A stretch of 64,000 bases of DNA from Candidatus Micrarchaeota archaeon (GTDB taxonomy: Archaea > Micrarchaeota > Micrarchaeia > Micrarchaeales > CABMGC01). This document shows, piece after piece, positions 38,331-46,622 of the stretch; positions within the stretch are counted from its first letter, which is position 1, and every line of letters starts with the position of its first letter. The translations under genes were made by a program, and so were the position numbers. The notes below the pieces were generated by a model that did not search any database, was not told where the DNA came from, and saw nothing but the letters and a program-made list of their open reading frames with translations. The stretch covers positions 35,438 to 99,437 of the forward strand of contig JAJZOD010000009.1 of the NCBI GenBank assembly GCA_021852055.1, in the 5' to 3' direction.

Positions 38331-39629
38331 CTATTTTCTTATCTCAGTTTTTCCCATATACGGCACAAGAACATCCGGCACTGCCACAGTGCCTTTGTCT
38401 GTGACATAATTCTCCACTATGCACGCAATGGTCCTCTGTACGCTTATGCCTGTGCTGTTCAGAGTGTATACATATCTGCGCTCCCCTTTTTCGTCGTATT
38501 TTATATCAAGGCGCACGCTCTGCCATTCCCTTGCAGTTGAGCAGGATCCAAGTTCGCGGTAATCTCCTTGCCCAGGAAAATATGCTTCCCAGTCAACTGT
38601 CTTACTCATCTGGTGGCCAGTGTCTCCGCTGCTAAGCAGTACGAGCCTGTACGGTATATTGAGCTCCTGCATGAACTCCTCCGAGTTTGCAAGAATTTCG
38701 TCGAAATATTTCTGTTCATCCTCCCTTCTGCAATATACGAACTGCTCTATCTTGTTGAACTGATGCACGCGGAATATCCCTTTGGTGTCCTTGCCGTGTG
38801 AACCTGCTTCGCGCCTGAATGACGGGCTGAAGCCAACGTACTTCAAAGGGAGCTCGTTTCCTGAGAAGGTTTCTTCAGCATGCATTGCAGCAAGGCTATG
38901 CTCTGCTGTGCTTATCATAAACAGCTCCTCATCAACATGCTCAAAATTGTTCACGGCCTCGGCTTCGCGCGCCTCAGAAGTCCTGTAAAGTGCATCCTCG
39001 AATACGCCCAAAGGAGCCACCCCTTTGTAATATTTCTTCTTCAGCATATATGGCGGAGAGATGAGCGTATACCCCTTCTTGCACATCTTGTCAATTGCAT
39101 AGCGGATGACTGCCTGCTCCAGCAGTGCAAGGTCGCCGCGCAGGTAGAAAAATCTTGCACCTGCTGTTTTTGCTGCACGCTCTTCATCGAGCAGCCCCAG
39201 CTTTGTAAGTACATCCGCGTGGTTAGGTCCGTTTTTCTTTTTCACAGTGCCCCATGTCTTAATTACTTTGTTTGCTTCCGGAGGCATGCCTATTGGAACT
39301 GAACTGTCAAGCACGTTAGGCACATTCCATACCATTCCGTCTATTTTTGTTTCGTACGCTGTTATTTCTGCCTGCATGCCGTCTAGTTTCTTCTTAAGCT
39401 CTCCGAGCGCGGCTATCCTGCTCTTTACATCTAAGCCCTTTTTCTTGGCCTCGGATATTTCAATGCTTGACTTATTTCGCTGCGCCTGCAGTTCCTGAAT
39501 TTCTGTGCGCATAACGCGCCATTTTTCATCAAGCGATAAGAGCTCATCTATCGGAAAGTTGCTGTTCCTGTTTTTAAGCGTCTGGCGTATCTCGTCTATG
39601 TGGTCTCTTACATATTTAGTTGTAATCAT
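38331..39629 (-). CDS. serS: seryl-tRNA synthetase
   Basis: N-terminal coiled-coil arm plus class II motifs (FRREAGSHGKDTKGIFRVHQF, GSCSTAREWQ). First ATG at 39629; a TTG alternative lies at 39641. Confidence 0.9.
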   Translation of the reverse strand: MITTKYVRDHIDEIRQTLKNRNSNFPIDELLSLDEKWRVMRTEIQELQAQRNKSSIEISEAKKKGLDVKSRIAALGELKKKLDGMQAEITAYETKIDGMVWNVPNVLDSSVPIGMPPEANKVIKTWGTVKKKNGPNHADVLTKLGLLDEERAAKTAGARFFYLRGDLALLEQAVIRYAIDKMCKKGYTLISPPYMLKKKYYKGVAPLGVFEDALYRTSEAREAEAVNNFEHVDEELFMISTAEHSLAAMHAEETFSGNELPLKYVGFSPSFRREAGSHGKDTKGIFRVHQFNKIEQFVYCRREDEQKYFDEILANSEEFMQELNIPYRLVLLSSGDTGHQMSKTVDWEAYFPGQGDYRELGSCSTAREWQSVRLDIKYDEKGERRYVYTLNSTGISVQRTIACIVENYVTDKGTVAVPDVLVPYMGKTEIRK

Positions 39630-39693
39630 ATAAACCAACAATAATTATAGATGACATACGATTATAATACTTTACGACAAAGTTTAAAGTTAT

Positions 39694-39782
39694 GCAGGGG
39701 TGGCAGAGCTTGGCCAAATGCGACGGGCTTAGGACCCGTTCCCTTAGCGGGTGCGAGAGTTCAAATCTCTCCCCCTGCACCA
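39694..39782 (+). tRNA. tRNA-Leu (anticodon TAG), CCA encoded
   Basis: Acceptor GCAGGGG/CCCCTGC, anticodon arm ACGGG-CTTAGGA-CCCGT, long variable arm, T arm GAGAG-TTCAAAT-CTCTC, discriminator A and CCA. Its last 34 nt (39749-39782) are the repeat unit found three more times downstream. Confidence 0.9.
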
Positions 39783-39783
39783 T

Positions 39784-40560
39784 TTAGATTAATCCGGCAG
39801 CTCCAAAGCGCTCCATAAGATATCCTTTCACGTCCTTGTATCTGACAAATTCACTTTCTGGTAGCAGCCTCCCTAATTCCTTGTCCCATATAAGGCCCAA
39901 CTGTTTCATCCTGGCAAGCAATCTATCTTTTGTGAACGTATGGCCATATTCCTTCATCTTCTTGTCTATCATACTGACTTCAAAATCCACGCCGCTCTTT
40001 GCGAGAAAATAGATGTCATACAAATCTCTCGCCTTAACATTATGCCTGAAAAGCAGTGCAACAATTTTCTCGGATAGTATCTCCTCCCTGTTCATGACTA
40101 CCGCGACATACGGTTTTAAGTCCGGGTATGCAGGGTTTCTCCTAAATACCTCGGTTTTCTCAACGACAGAAGCCTTCTTGTCCACCTCTATCTTTAGGTG
40201 CTGGTATTTGTTCAGCATCTCAAATAATGGCCCTCTCACACTAAGCTCGTACACAAGCATATCGGCATTATTTTTCTTCCTCATAATCTTCAGCGGATAT
40301 TCCTTAGAAATCTTGTCTACGACATTGTCAAGCAATACGAGCAGCCTATTTCCGCCATCATCATGCACCAACGAGAAGTCGAGATCGTCGGAAAACCTTA
40401 TAGAGTTATAGAATTTTGAGAGTGCTGTCCCGCCCTTAAACACCAACTCTCCAGTTACAGCATATATCTCATCAAGAAATAGTTCTTCCACGTAGTCCTT
40501 CTCCTTCTGATACGGTTGCTCGTAAATGCCCATTTTCAGAAGTTCATCCTTTTCAATCAT
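39784..40560 (-). CDS. abiEii: AbiEii-type nucleotidyltransferase toxin (type IV TA / abortive infection)
   Basis: LVFKGGTALSKFYNSIRFSDDLDFS is the hallmark NTase motif of the AbiEii (DUF1814) family. It lies downstream of an AbiEi-like gene with a 4-nt gap. Confidence 0.75.
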   Translation of the reverse strand: MIEKDELLKMGIYEQPYQKEKDYVEELFLDEIYAVTGELVFKGGTALSKFYNSIRFSDDLDFSLVHDDGGNRLLVLLDNVVDKISKEYPLKIMRKKNNADMLVYELSVRGPLFEMLNKYQHLKIEVDKKASVVEKTEVFRRNPAYPDLKPYVAVVMNREEILSEKIVALLFRHNVKARDLYDIYFLAKSGVDFEVSMIDKKMKEYGHTFTKDRLLARMKQLGLIWDKELGRLLPESEFVRYKDVKGYLMERFGAAGLI

Positions 40561-40564
40561 ATAT

Positions 40565-41203
40565 TCACCTATCCCTTTGTGCTAAAGCGGACAGGCTTTT
40601 GGCCTGCGTTGCATATCCATATTCTCTCAGCAGCGCCGTGATTCCAACAAGCACCGATCTTTTCTTACTTTTCACTGCATAAGACACAAGTTTGTTTACG
40701 TCTATCCTGGCTGGCCTTTCGAGTGCCGCAGGGTCTAAGTCATTTACATCATCAAAATAATATATGTCTATCAGTGCCTTCTCCGGTTCTGCGATGAATA
40801 TGTTACCATCTGCTTCCTTTTTGTATCCGAACATCATGTCCTTTTTTATTTTTTTGAAAACAATGTCAAAACCCGCAACACCTTTAAGCCTATTGTGCCT
40901 TTTCGTGGAGACTACGTAGACGACTCTCGGTATCTGCGTAGTCAAGCCGTAATAGGCAAGTGCAGATACCATGCTAACATACGAAGGGCTCATCACATGC
41001 GACGCTATCTCATATTCGTTGTACCTCTCCTTTACATAGTATAAGCCCCTTTCAACCCTGCCGATGTACCCTTTCTTCACGCCTCTGTGAAGGAAAAGTA
41101 TAGAGTAAGTTCTGTTCTTGTGCAGTATCTTTATCGTGTCGTTTAAGGTAAATACAGGCATGTGCCTTTCAATCAGGAATCTTACAAAGTCCCTTGTTTG
41201 CAT
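40565..41203 (-). CDS. abiEi: AbiEi-type antitoxin/transcriptional regulator
   Basis: N-terminal wHTH-like region (VFTLNDTIKIL...GYIGRVERGLYYV), then PSYVSMVSALAYYGLTTQ, typical of AbiEi. Start refined to the ATG at 41203. Confidence 0.65.
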   Translation of the reverse strand: MQTRDFVRFLIERHMPVFTLNDTIKILHKNRTYSILFLHRGVKKGYIGRVERGLYYVKERYNEYEIASHVMSPSYVSMVSALAYYGLTTQIPRVVYVVSTKRHNRLKGVAGFDIVFKKIKKDMMFGYKKEADGNIFIAEPEKALIDIYYFDDVNDLDPAALERPARIDVNKLVSYAVKSKKRSVLVGITALLREYGYATQAKSLSALAQRDR

Positions 41204-41363
41204 GTTAGTAATTTGCACAAGAGGATATTTAAATATATGTGTTAAGTTAATTATCAAATGATAATCAATAGCACATTAATTAACAAGGGCTTCTCAGCTA
41301 GCTCAGAGCTCGTTGGAGTGTCCGGAAGCCCTCCGGAAGGAGAAGGGCCTGCTGCCTTAAGTC

Positions 41364-41391
41364 TGCGAGAGTTCAAATCTCTCCCCCTGCA
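41364..41391 (+). repeat. att-like copy 2: 28-nt core identical to tRNA-Leu 39752-39779
   Basis: TGCGAGAGTTCAAATCTCTCCCCCTGCA. Weaker similarity (CCTTA) extends to about 41355. Confidence 0.85.
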
Positions 41392-41584
41392 TATTCAATT
41401 TACGGCGACAAAGCAGGGTTCGAAAATCCGAAACGGAAATCTTCAAGAAGGGAAGATTTCAATAAGTCTTCCGATAACTTCTACATTACTATGCGGAAAG
41501 AGGAGCTATACAAAGAGACAGATAACGCCTTTAGCCTAGAGCAAGCTATAGACCTGAAAAGAACGTTAAGTCATTGAACACAAT

Positions 41585-41814
41585 CTAGTCTAGAAGCCGC
41601 TCAAATTCTTCGACTGTTAAGCCGACCTCCATTATTATTGCACGCAATGTGCCTCTTGGCACCTCTTTTCTATTCGGCACTACGGCTCTTCGGTGTGGAG
41701 GCTGCGTATTTCTGAGTATTATGTGGCTTCCCATTTGATGGTCGTATCTATATCCAATCTTGGATAGTGCCTTGACTACCTCTGCCGCTGATACTATATA
41801 AGAATCTTAGGCAT
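41585..41814 (-). pseudogene. hicA: hicA mRNA-interferase toxin gene disrupted by a 2-nt frameshift in a TATATA run
   Basis: The ATG at 41814 gives MPKILI then TAG (41796-41794). The next frame continues VSAAEVVKALSKIGYRYDHQMGSHIILRNTQPPHRRAVVPNRKEVPRGTLRAIIMEVGLTVEEFERLLD, a full HicA core with no start codon of its own. Confidence 0.65.
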
Positions 41815-41824
41815 TCACATTCAC

Positions 41825-42031
41825 CTATACGACTTCCTCTTTTATAGAAGGGGGTATCGGCTCGTTGTGCTTCTTGAGACTAGCCAGATAACCGGCTATA
41901 GCATCCTTGACGTTCTCTATAGCCTCTTTTCTAGTCTTGCCATCAGAAACGCATCTGGGCAACTGAGGTACGGTAGCTACAAATACGCCGTCTTCGTCCT
42001 GCTCTATTTCAACCCTGAAATATCTTCTCAT
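41825..42031 (-). CDS. hicB: HicB-like antitoxin (UPF0150-type, short form)
   Basis: FRVEIEQDEDGVFVATVPQLPRCVSDGKTRKEAIENVKDAIAGYL is the typical HicB N-domain pattern. It lies 10 nt upstream of the hicA ATG. Confidence 0.75.
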   Translation of the reverse strand: MRRYFRVEIEQDEDGVFVATVPQLPRCVSDGKTRKEAIENVKDAIAGYLASLKKHNEPIPPSIKEEVV

Positions 42032-42202
42032 GTCCGTTCATTGTATATTATACAACCCAAGCTATTTAAATTTAGGAAGTGTCCTGGCCCTAACTAAAGA
42101 CCTCCGGGCGACTAGAGACCCTATATCCCAAAAGGTCTTTAAGTAGCTCTGGGCAGGAAGCCCTAAGCCTGAAAGCAAGTTGACTAGAAATATCTAAGGC
42201 AC

Positions 42203-42715
42203 TTATTGCAGTTCATCGATATACCCCTCAAGTGTGTCTTTGTGCCCCCATCCCTCAGCTGCATGTTCTACAATCCAATTCAGCCGAGGCTCAAACTGTC
42301 CTTTTAACGAAGTATTACTTGGCTCATTGAGTAATCCTATAATCTCGTAAAACATATTTTCCATGCTTGTGTAAAATGCTTCATACAGGTCGCCGTACTT
42401 TTCGCCTAACCTAGTTCCTGTTTCAACGTAAAAAATCATTAGTTCTATGATATGCTTCTCATCTTTAGATATTTTTTTGAAGTTAGAGATAAGTTTTCTT
42501 GCTTCCTTCAAGTTTGGTCTTGCATCATTGAAAATACATGTCCTTATTTTCCCTTTGAAATATATCATTGCTTCTCCCTCTCCGTTTTCGCCTTCAAGCT
42601 TTAATAAGAGCCATTCAAGATTTTCCTTTCTTAAATCTGCAACATCAAGTAGGAGAGAAACCAATTTATCTTTCTCTAGACTTTTTAACTTTCTCCTAAG
42701 ATCCTCACCTTTCAT
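42203..42715 (-). CDS. all-helical 170-aa protein of unknown function (third gene of the operon)
   Basis: It resembles, from memory only, widespread uncharacterised DUF-type proteins (LKEARKLISNFKK...ELMIFYVETG...GDLYEAFYTSMENMF...GWGHKD). 11 nt downstream of the RelE-like gene. Confidence 0.45.
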   Translation of the reverse strand: MKGEDLRRKLKSLEKDKLVSLLLDVADLRKENLEWLLLKLEGENGEGEAMIYFKGKIRTCIFNDARPNLKEARKLISNFKKISKDEKHIIELMIFYVETGTRLGEKYGDLYEAFYTSMENMFYEIIGLLNEPSNTSLKGQFEPRLNWIVEHAAEGWGHKDTLEGYIDELQ

Positions 42716-42726
42716 CTTTTGAGCAC

Positions 42727-43125
42727 CTACCTTTTCTTGTAGCCGAATATTTTGTTGTATTCTTCATGGTCTATTATATCCAGCACGTCTAACCAAATTG
42801 AGAGTATCTCAACTTCTGTGTCCTCCCTCTGAGGCTGCTTTATTGTGTATATCATTCTCCAAGCACCAGAGAGGTTCACTTTCCAAAGGTTCGTAACATC
42901 ATATAGCGAGATGTATTTTTGAGCTACATTCTTCTTTGGTATGTGAATTCCGTAGTCATAATCCACTTTCAATATGGCTATCTTGTTATCTATTGATTTA
43001 AGGAGCGTCTCGTGGAACGAGTCAGTTATACTTTTTGATATATCCTCAGCAACTTTCTTTTTTAGGGCTAGGTAGGCGTCTTTTGCATCCCCTAAAAGCT
43101 TTACCGAAACGCGTTTCTCTACCAA
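42727..43125 (-). CDS. RelE/ParE-superfamily-like toxin with an N-terminal extension (tentative)
   Basis: The C-terminal pattern LWKVNLSGAWRMIYTIK...VEILSIWLDVLDIIDHEEYNKIFGY parallels the L.G..R.IY.I....V.I..I..H..Y core of RelE/ParE toxins. Confidence 0.45.
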   Translation of the reverse strand: MVEKRVSVKLLGDAKDAYLALKKKVAEDISKSITDSFHETLLKSIDNKIAILKVDYDYGIHIPKKNVAQKYISLYDVTNLWKVNLSGAWRMIYTIKQPQREDTEVEILSIWLDVLDIIDHEEYNKIFGYKKR

Positions 43126-43129
43126 AACA

Positions 43130-43396
43130 TCACACCGGTAAGCCTTCCTGCTCGGCCTTCTCTAGTTTCTTGCTGGGATTGAATGTCCAGATAAAGCCTT
43201 TCTTGGTTTCAAGAACCATGCCTCGCTTCTCCATGTAGTCAAGCGCAAGGTTCAAGGTAGAACGCATTACACCAGTCTGCAATCTAGCCAATATCTGGTT
43301 CCTGCTAACTGGGTTATTAGCCTTCTTGACTACTTCCTCTATTGCCAATATGGTCTTAAGCGTAGGATAGTGGACGATCTCTTTCTGTAGTTGCAT
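43130..43396 (-). CDS. small winged-helix DNA-binding protein (putative antitoxin/regulator)
   Basis: Start refined to the ATG at 43396 (MQLQKEIVHYPTLKTILAIEEVVKKANNPVSRNQILARLQTGVMRSTLNLALDYMEKRGMVLETKKG). 4 nt upstream of the RelE-like gene. Confidence 0.5.
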   Translation of the reverse strand: MQLQKEIVHYPTLKTILAIEEVVKKANNPVSRNQILARLQTGVMRSTLNLALDYMEKRGMVLETKKGFIWTFNPSKKLEKAEQEGLPV

Positions 43397-43564
43397 AATA
43401 TAACACCTAATAAGTATATACCCTAATAGATATATAAGTCTTTCTACACATTTAGAGGCTTCTCTACATGAACTTGGCAATCCATGTAGAGAAAAGTCCA
43501 AATAGAAATCCTCAAAATAGCTTTTCACTAGTGACTAATGCACATCAAGCTTGGGCTTAGAATC

Positions 43565-43674
43565 TTATGTTGTTTTTGGTGTGAAATATGGCTAGGAATA
43601 TAGGCGTGAAACAGCTAGGAAACGCTCTCAAACCCCTATCGGGTGCGAGAGTTCAAATCTCTCCCCCTGCACCA
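43565..43674 (+). repeat. 110-nt direct repeat (76-nt non-tRNA arm plus 34-nt att-like copy 3 at 43641-43674)
   Basis: 107/110 identical to 47598-47707. The last 34 nt are identical to tRNA-Leu 39749-39782. Confidence 0.9.
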
Positions 43675-43730
43675 ACTCAAAAGGTTCTTTTTGCAAAAGT
43701 ATTTATATATTAACATTTAGTTAATATATT

Positions 43731-44447
43731 ATGAAATTGACAACAAGGATAAAGGGATATATCGATTCAGCAAAGCTAACCTACTTCCCCCTCCTGGCTA
43801 GCCTTTCGTTAACTTCTGAGAACTCATTGCGGGTCACGCTTAACAGACTGGTCAAAGCCGGCGAAATATACAACCCGATTAAAGGCGCATATGTTTCAAA
43901 AAATGCAGATATGTTCTGGGTAGCATGCCAACTGCACGTAGGCTATATATCTCTCTCTACAGCTTTCTATCTCCACCACCTGATTGAAGAATTTCCGTTT
44001 ACGGTTTTTGTTGCGTCTAACGTTAGGAAATCCGTGCAGATGGGGAACCTCGAATTCATTTACTTCAAGGCACGTAATTATGCCGGTATCGAGAAAGGCG
44101 ATTACCCACTTGCTTCGGTTGAGAAAGCAATCAGCGATTCCTTAATGCACTTATCCTTAACGAATTTTACAATGCTTGCAAAGGTACTGTACTACGCAGA
44201 CATAGATTCTGGCAAGCTGATTCGGTTATGCGACGCAGAAAACTCCGCATCCTTTCAAAGGCTTGGATATCTGCTGTCCCTTCTTCCAAAACTTGATAAG
44301 GAAAAGTCAAAAATGCTCACATTCTGCAGGAAAAAGATAAAAGCAAACGCATATCTTAGCGGGAAACGCAGTGGCACATATATACCAGAATGGAAAATTA
44401 TAGATAACATAGGCAAAGAGGCGATTCTGTCATGGTGGCAACAATAG
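43731..44447 (+). CDS. abiEi: AbiEi-type antitoxin/regulator (second, divergent copy)
   Basis: SLRVTLNRLVKAGEIYNPIKGAYV wHTH-like region, then GYISLSTAFYLHHLIEE. Overlaps the downstream AbiEii gene by 16 nt. Confidence 0.6.
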   Translation: MKLTTRIKGYIDSAKLTYFPLLASLSLTSENSLRVTLNRLVKAGEIYNPIKGAYVSKNADMFWVACQLHVGYISLSTAFYLHHLIEEFPFTVFVASNVRKSVQMGNLEFIYFKARNYAGIEKGDYPLASVEKAISDSLMHLSLTNFTMLAKVLYYADIDSGKLIRLCDAENSASFQRLGYLLSLLPKLDKEKSKMLTFCRKKIKANAYLSGKRSGTYIPEWKIIDNIGKEAILSWWQQ

Positions 44448-45112
44448 CTTTTAAACTCGACGAGTTGCAGGATTACGCAGCAAGAGATGGACTAAGCTTG
44501 AATTTCGTGGTCAAGGAGGCCTTCCTTTTTGAGCTCATGGAATCCATGGGGACGGAAAAGTTCGTGCTGAAGGGCGGTACAGCCATAAATAAAGGCTATT
44601 TGGGTAGTCACCAGCGGTTTTCTGAGGATTTAGATTATGACACTGATCTAGATGAAGGCGATGCCAAAAAATATATCAAACAGATTGGATGGGAAATCAA
44701 GAAGGAATTTTTCACAAAACATTCGATTGGCTTCTCGATGGCGTATAAGTTTGACAGCATCAGAGACGTAGTCAGACTTGACATCTCATTTGGTATAAAA
44801 AACAAAATAGAAAAGAGGCGAGCAGCATCTGATTTTATACCAGTATCAAAAATAGCGCCAATGTACGGTTTCAGTGAACTCAACCACCAGAAGGAATCTG
44901 CATTTGAAGAAAGAAGGGAGTGGAAAGATATCTACGATTTATACTGGATGCATGAGTTGTATCCACATGAATTCAGGATAAAATATAAGACAAAGTTCGC
45001 GGAGGCGCTTTCAACTACAAACGTTCCGAAGATTGCAAATGCATACATACCTGCACAAAAAAGACCCAACTGGGACGAAGTTATCGAGAAGTTGAAGCAA
45101 GCGATCAAATAG
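44432..45112 (+). CDS. abiEii: AbiEii-type nucleotidyltransferase toxin (second, divergent copy)
   Basis: FVLKGGTAINKGYLGSHQRFSEDLDYD NTase motif. Confidence 0.75.
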   Translation: MVATIAFKLDELQDYAARDGLSLNFVVKEAFLFELMESMGTEKFVLKGGTAINKGYLGSHQRFSEDLDYDTDLDEGDAKKYIKQIGWEIKKEFFTKHSIGFSMAYKFDSIRDVVRLDISFGIKNKIEKRRAASDFIPVSKIAPMYGFSELNHQKESAFEERREWKDIYDLYWMHELYPHEFRIKYKTKFAEALSTTNVPKIANAYIPAQKRPNWDEVIEKLKQAIK

Positions 45113-45374
45113 CGCCAGAGCGAGAAAGAACAGATTCTTTCCTGTCGGATTCACTTATGGCATAACTTAGTCAAATGCGCAAGGTTTAAGACATTGAATC
45201 TTTGGCAGAGGAAGCCTAATCGCTATCCACGCAAAATCAGCCGCTGCTATGTTGCTAGCTTACAGCTCATTGGAGCGACCCATCTAAAGGTGATTTGCGT
45301 AGACTTTAGGTTCCGGGCAAAAAAAAACAAATATAAACTTTTGTATTGTATATAAACCTGATTCTTGTGGTGTC

Positions 45375-46598
45375 ATGGCAACTTCTAAGTCTATAGGTTG
45401 GATAATAGGAATTATAATAGTGGTGCTTGTAATTGCTGTTGCAATCAGCTCTCTGAGCAAGCCTAGCACTGCGCCAAGCACAAGCATAGCACAATCTCAA
45501 AACAGTACCACTACCATACGCGCATCACAGGTGCCATCACAGTTGTATGTCAGCACAGCAGGATCTGACTCAGCAAACGGCACACTCTCTGCCCCGCTTA
45601 AGACAATAAACCGGGCAATAGCGCTAGCTAGGCCAGGTCAGGTCATAATAGTGGCCCCCGGAACTTACAATGAGCAGATAAACATAACCTCCAGAGCTAT
45701 CATCGAAGGTGAAAATGCCAATACGACAATAATAAACGCCTCAGGTCAGATGAATGGCATAAACATTATCGGCCCTGGGGCTAATGGCACAGTGCTAAGT
45801 AATCTCACTGTAGAAAATGCGGATAACCACGGAATATACGCTCAGGATGTAGGCAACGTAAAGATCATAGATAACATAGTAAAGCACAATGGTGTCAATG
45901 CTACAGTATGTCCTCAGCCGCCGGCAAAGCCTGCAGGCCCGTGCATAATTGAGGACAAGCCAATAGAACTGATAGGAACAAACAATGTTACAGTTGAAAA
46001 TAATGTAGTCACAAACAACCTCGCCGATGGGGGTATAGGCATATCAGATCTCGGTACTATAAATCCTGGAAGTTTAGCGCAAACGCACATTTTTGCTAGT
46101 TCTAGAGGCAACAAGATAATAGGAAACAAGGTTATATACAACAAAGGTGGTTGCGGCATCGTAATTGCATCATATAACAAAGATGGTGTAATAAACAATT
46201 TGGTGGAGAACAATACTGTCGGTTTCAGTGTCGCTGGAATAGTAATAGGCGCCGGGGCACCAAACTCAACTGCTATGAACAATCTAGTTGTAAACAACAC
46301 GGCATTTAACAATTTCCTCCCAGGCATAATAGTGCATGCTACAACACCCGGCGACGTCCTATCTAATACTACTGTAGAATTCAACAGGGTTAGCGGCAAC
46401 GGCGCAGACGCAGAAGTAGGGGCGATGAATAAGACAGGGATAGTTGTTTCAGGAGATGTGATGCCGGTACTGAACGCCACAATAAAGGGCAACAACGTAA
46501 GCAACGAGTATTACGGGATATGGCTGAGGAATGCTCCAGGTGCAGCTATGCAGAACAATACCTTTGCGAATGTTACTGTAGAAAATTATACAAAGTGA
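45375..46598 (+). CDS. N-terminally anchored, secreted right-handed parallel beta-helix repeat protein
   Basis: TM/signal anchor SIGWIIGIIIVVLVIAVAI, Ser/Thr linker, then repeated (I/V)xNNx(I/V)xxN(x)GI beta-helix rungs (ENADNHGIYA, IIDNIVKHNG, VENNVVTNNLADGGIGI, IIGNKVIYNKGGCGIVI). Confidence 0.7.
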   Translation: MATSKSIGWIIGIIIVVLVIAVAISSLSKPSTAPSTSIAQSQNSTTTIRASQVPSQLYVSTAGSDSANGTLSAPLKTINRAIALARPGQVIIVAPGTYNEQINITSRAIIEGENANTTIINASGQMNGINIIGPGANGTVLSNLTVENADNHGIYAQDVGNVKIIDNIVKHNGVNATVCPQPPAKPAGPCIIEDKPIELIGTNNVTVENNVVTNNLADGGIGISDLGTINPGSLAQTHIFASSRGNKIIGNKVIYNKGGCGIVIASYNKDGVINNLVENNTVGFSVAGIVIGAGAPNSTAMNNLVVNNTAFNNFLPGIIVHATTPGDVLSNTTVEFNRVSGNGADAEVGAMNKTGIVVSGDVMPVLNATIKGNNVSNEYYGIWLRNAPGAAMQNNTFANVTVENYTK

Positions 46599-46622
46599 TT
46601 GTTGCCGCACACAGTGGCTTTC

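Larger units (their letters stand above)
39783..41391. mobile_element. island segment 1 (1.6 kb) between the tRNA-Leu 3' end and the att-like copy 2
   Basis: Bounded by 39749-39782 and the 28-nt core copy at 41364-41391. The cargo is one AbiEi/AbiEii pair. No recombinase. Confidence 0.5.
41392..43674. mobile_element. island segment 2 (2.3 kb)
   Basis: Bounded by att-like copies 2 and 3. The cargo is hicBA plus the wHTH / RelE-like / 170-aa operon. No recombinase. Confidence 0.5.

Noticed and set aside
41281-41391. Possible complete second tRNA upstream of att-like copy 2 (AGCTCAGAGCTCGTTGGAG resembles a D-arm)
   Set aside because: No 5' acceptor strand complementary to CCCCTGC is present and no anticodon arm can be folded. 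Only the T-arm and acceptor 3' part is tRNA-like.
41258-41539. 93-aa plus-strand ORF spanning att-like copy 2
   Set aside because: It reads through the tRNA-derived repeat in a frame different from the conserved one and has no motif. The start is an ATG immediately after the abiEi upstream region. It was treated as spurious. Only the other frame across att is discussed, as a possible int remnant.
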